Assembly (NCBI RefSeq): GCF_009914755.1
Contig: NC_060940.1
DNA: 64,000 nucleotides
From: the human T2T-CHM13v2.0 reference genome, Homo sapiens
Strand: one strand, 5' to 3'
Under the pieces are notes generated by a model. It saw only the letters and a list, made by a program, of their open reading frames with translations. It was not told the DNA's origin and made no database searches. The translations under genes and the position numbers were made by a program. This document shows positions 62,891 through 64,000 of this stretch, one piece after another. How positions within the stretch are numbered: the stretch's first letter is position 1; each line of letters starts with the position of its first letter.

Positions 62891-63368
62891 AAAATTTTGA
62901 GGGAATTTCCTAGCCAAGGCAGACAAAATGATAAGTATAGATCGAGGCATATATAACAGTAAAAAATACGTAAGATAGTGTAATATCAGCAGTGACTTAC
63001 ACAGATAACATTATAAAACTCCAAAACATGGATTCCTCAAAACCTTATTAGGCTGATACTATTGTTTTTGCCATCATAAGGATGGGGAAACTGAGGCTCA
63101 GAGTGGTTAGGTGGCTTGTCTAAAGTTTGTATAGCTACTTAGTGGTGACACTGGGATTTGAACTGAGCCAGTCAGGGCCCCAAGGTCTGTGATTATAACC
63201 ACTACATTCTATTGCCTTTTCTTGTGATACAGGTGTTTGCAGTGTGAGTGGGTCTTCCTCTGGGAGTAGAAACTATTGAAAGATATGCTAAGTAAATGGA
63301 AATATCCATTGGCATTTTAGGAAAGAGAGCTGTTTCCAAAATATACATCCAATTTACAGCCTTACTAA

Positions 63369-63929
<561 letters not shown>

Positions 63930-64000
63930 CCCATTTTCTTTATAGCATTTTGTTCTCTTGGAAGTTGTCTCACTCATTATTTTATTTATGCCTCTTCTAC

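Overview
Primate (almost certainly human) genomic DNA. The window holds about 42 kb of repeat-dense intergenic sequence, then the CpG-island promoter, coding exon 1 (ATG 43168, donor after 43730), the 14.07-kb intron 1, coding exon 2 (57803-57930) and the start of intron 2 of SHISA9 (CKAMP44, an AMPA-receptor auxiliary subunit) on the + strand. The upstream part contains a processed RPL35A pseudogene with a poly(A) remnant and target-site duplication (TSD). Across the window there are about 42 Alu elements or fragments, L1 remnants, MaLR/ERVL LTRs, hAT MITEs (MER1B, MER20, MER33, MER45A, MER5, MER58), two mariner MADE1 MITEs and several microsatellites. Apart from SHISA9, the ORF-track entries are repeat-derived, low-complexity or antisense/shadow frames. 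I found no evidence of a new multi-gene system. The most unusual structure is a set of four short (53-245 bp), same-orientation duplications spaced 1.0-1.9 kb apart, at least two of which look like templated insertions into older repeats. Other points of note: an in-frame upstream ATG in SHISA9, splicing-regulatory signatures near exon 2, and a two-unit minisatellite born inside MER1B. Repeat subfamily names come from remembered consensus sequences, and repeat boundaries are approximate (about +/-20 bp).
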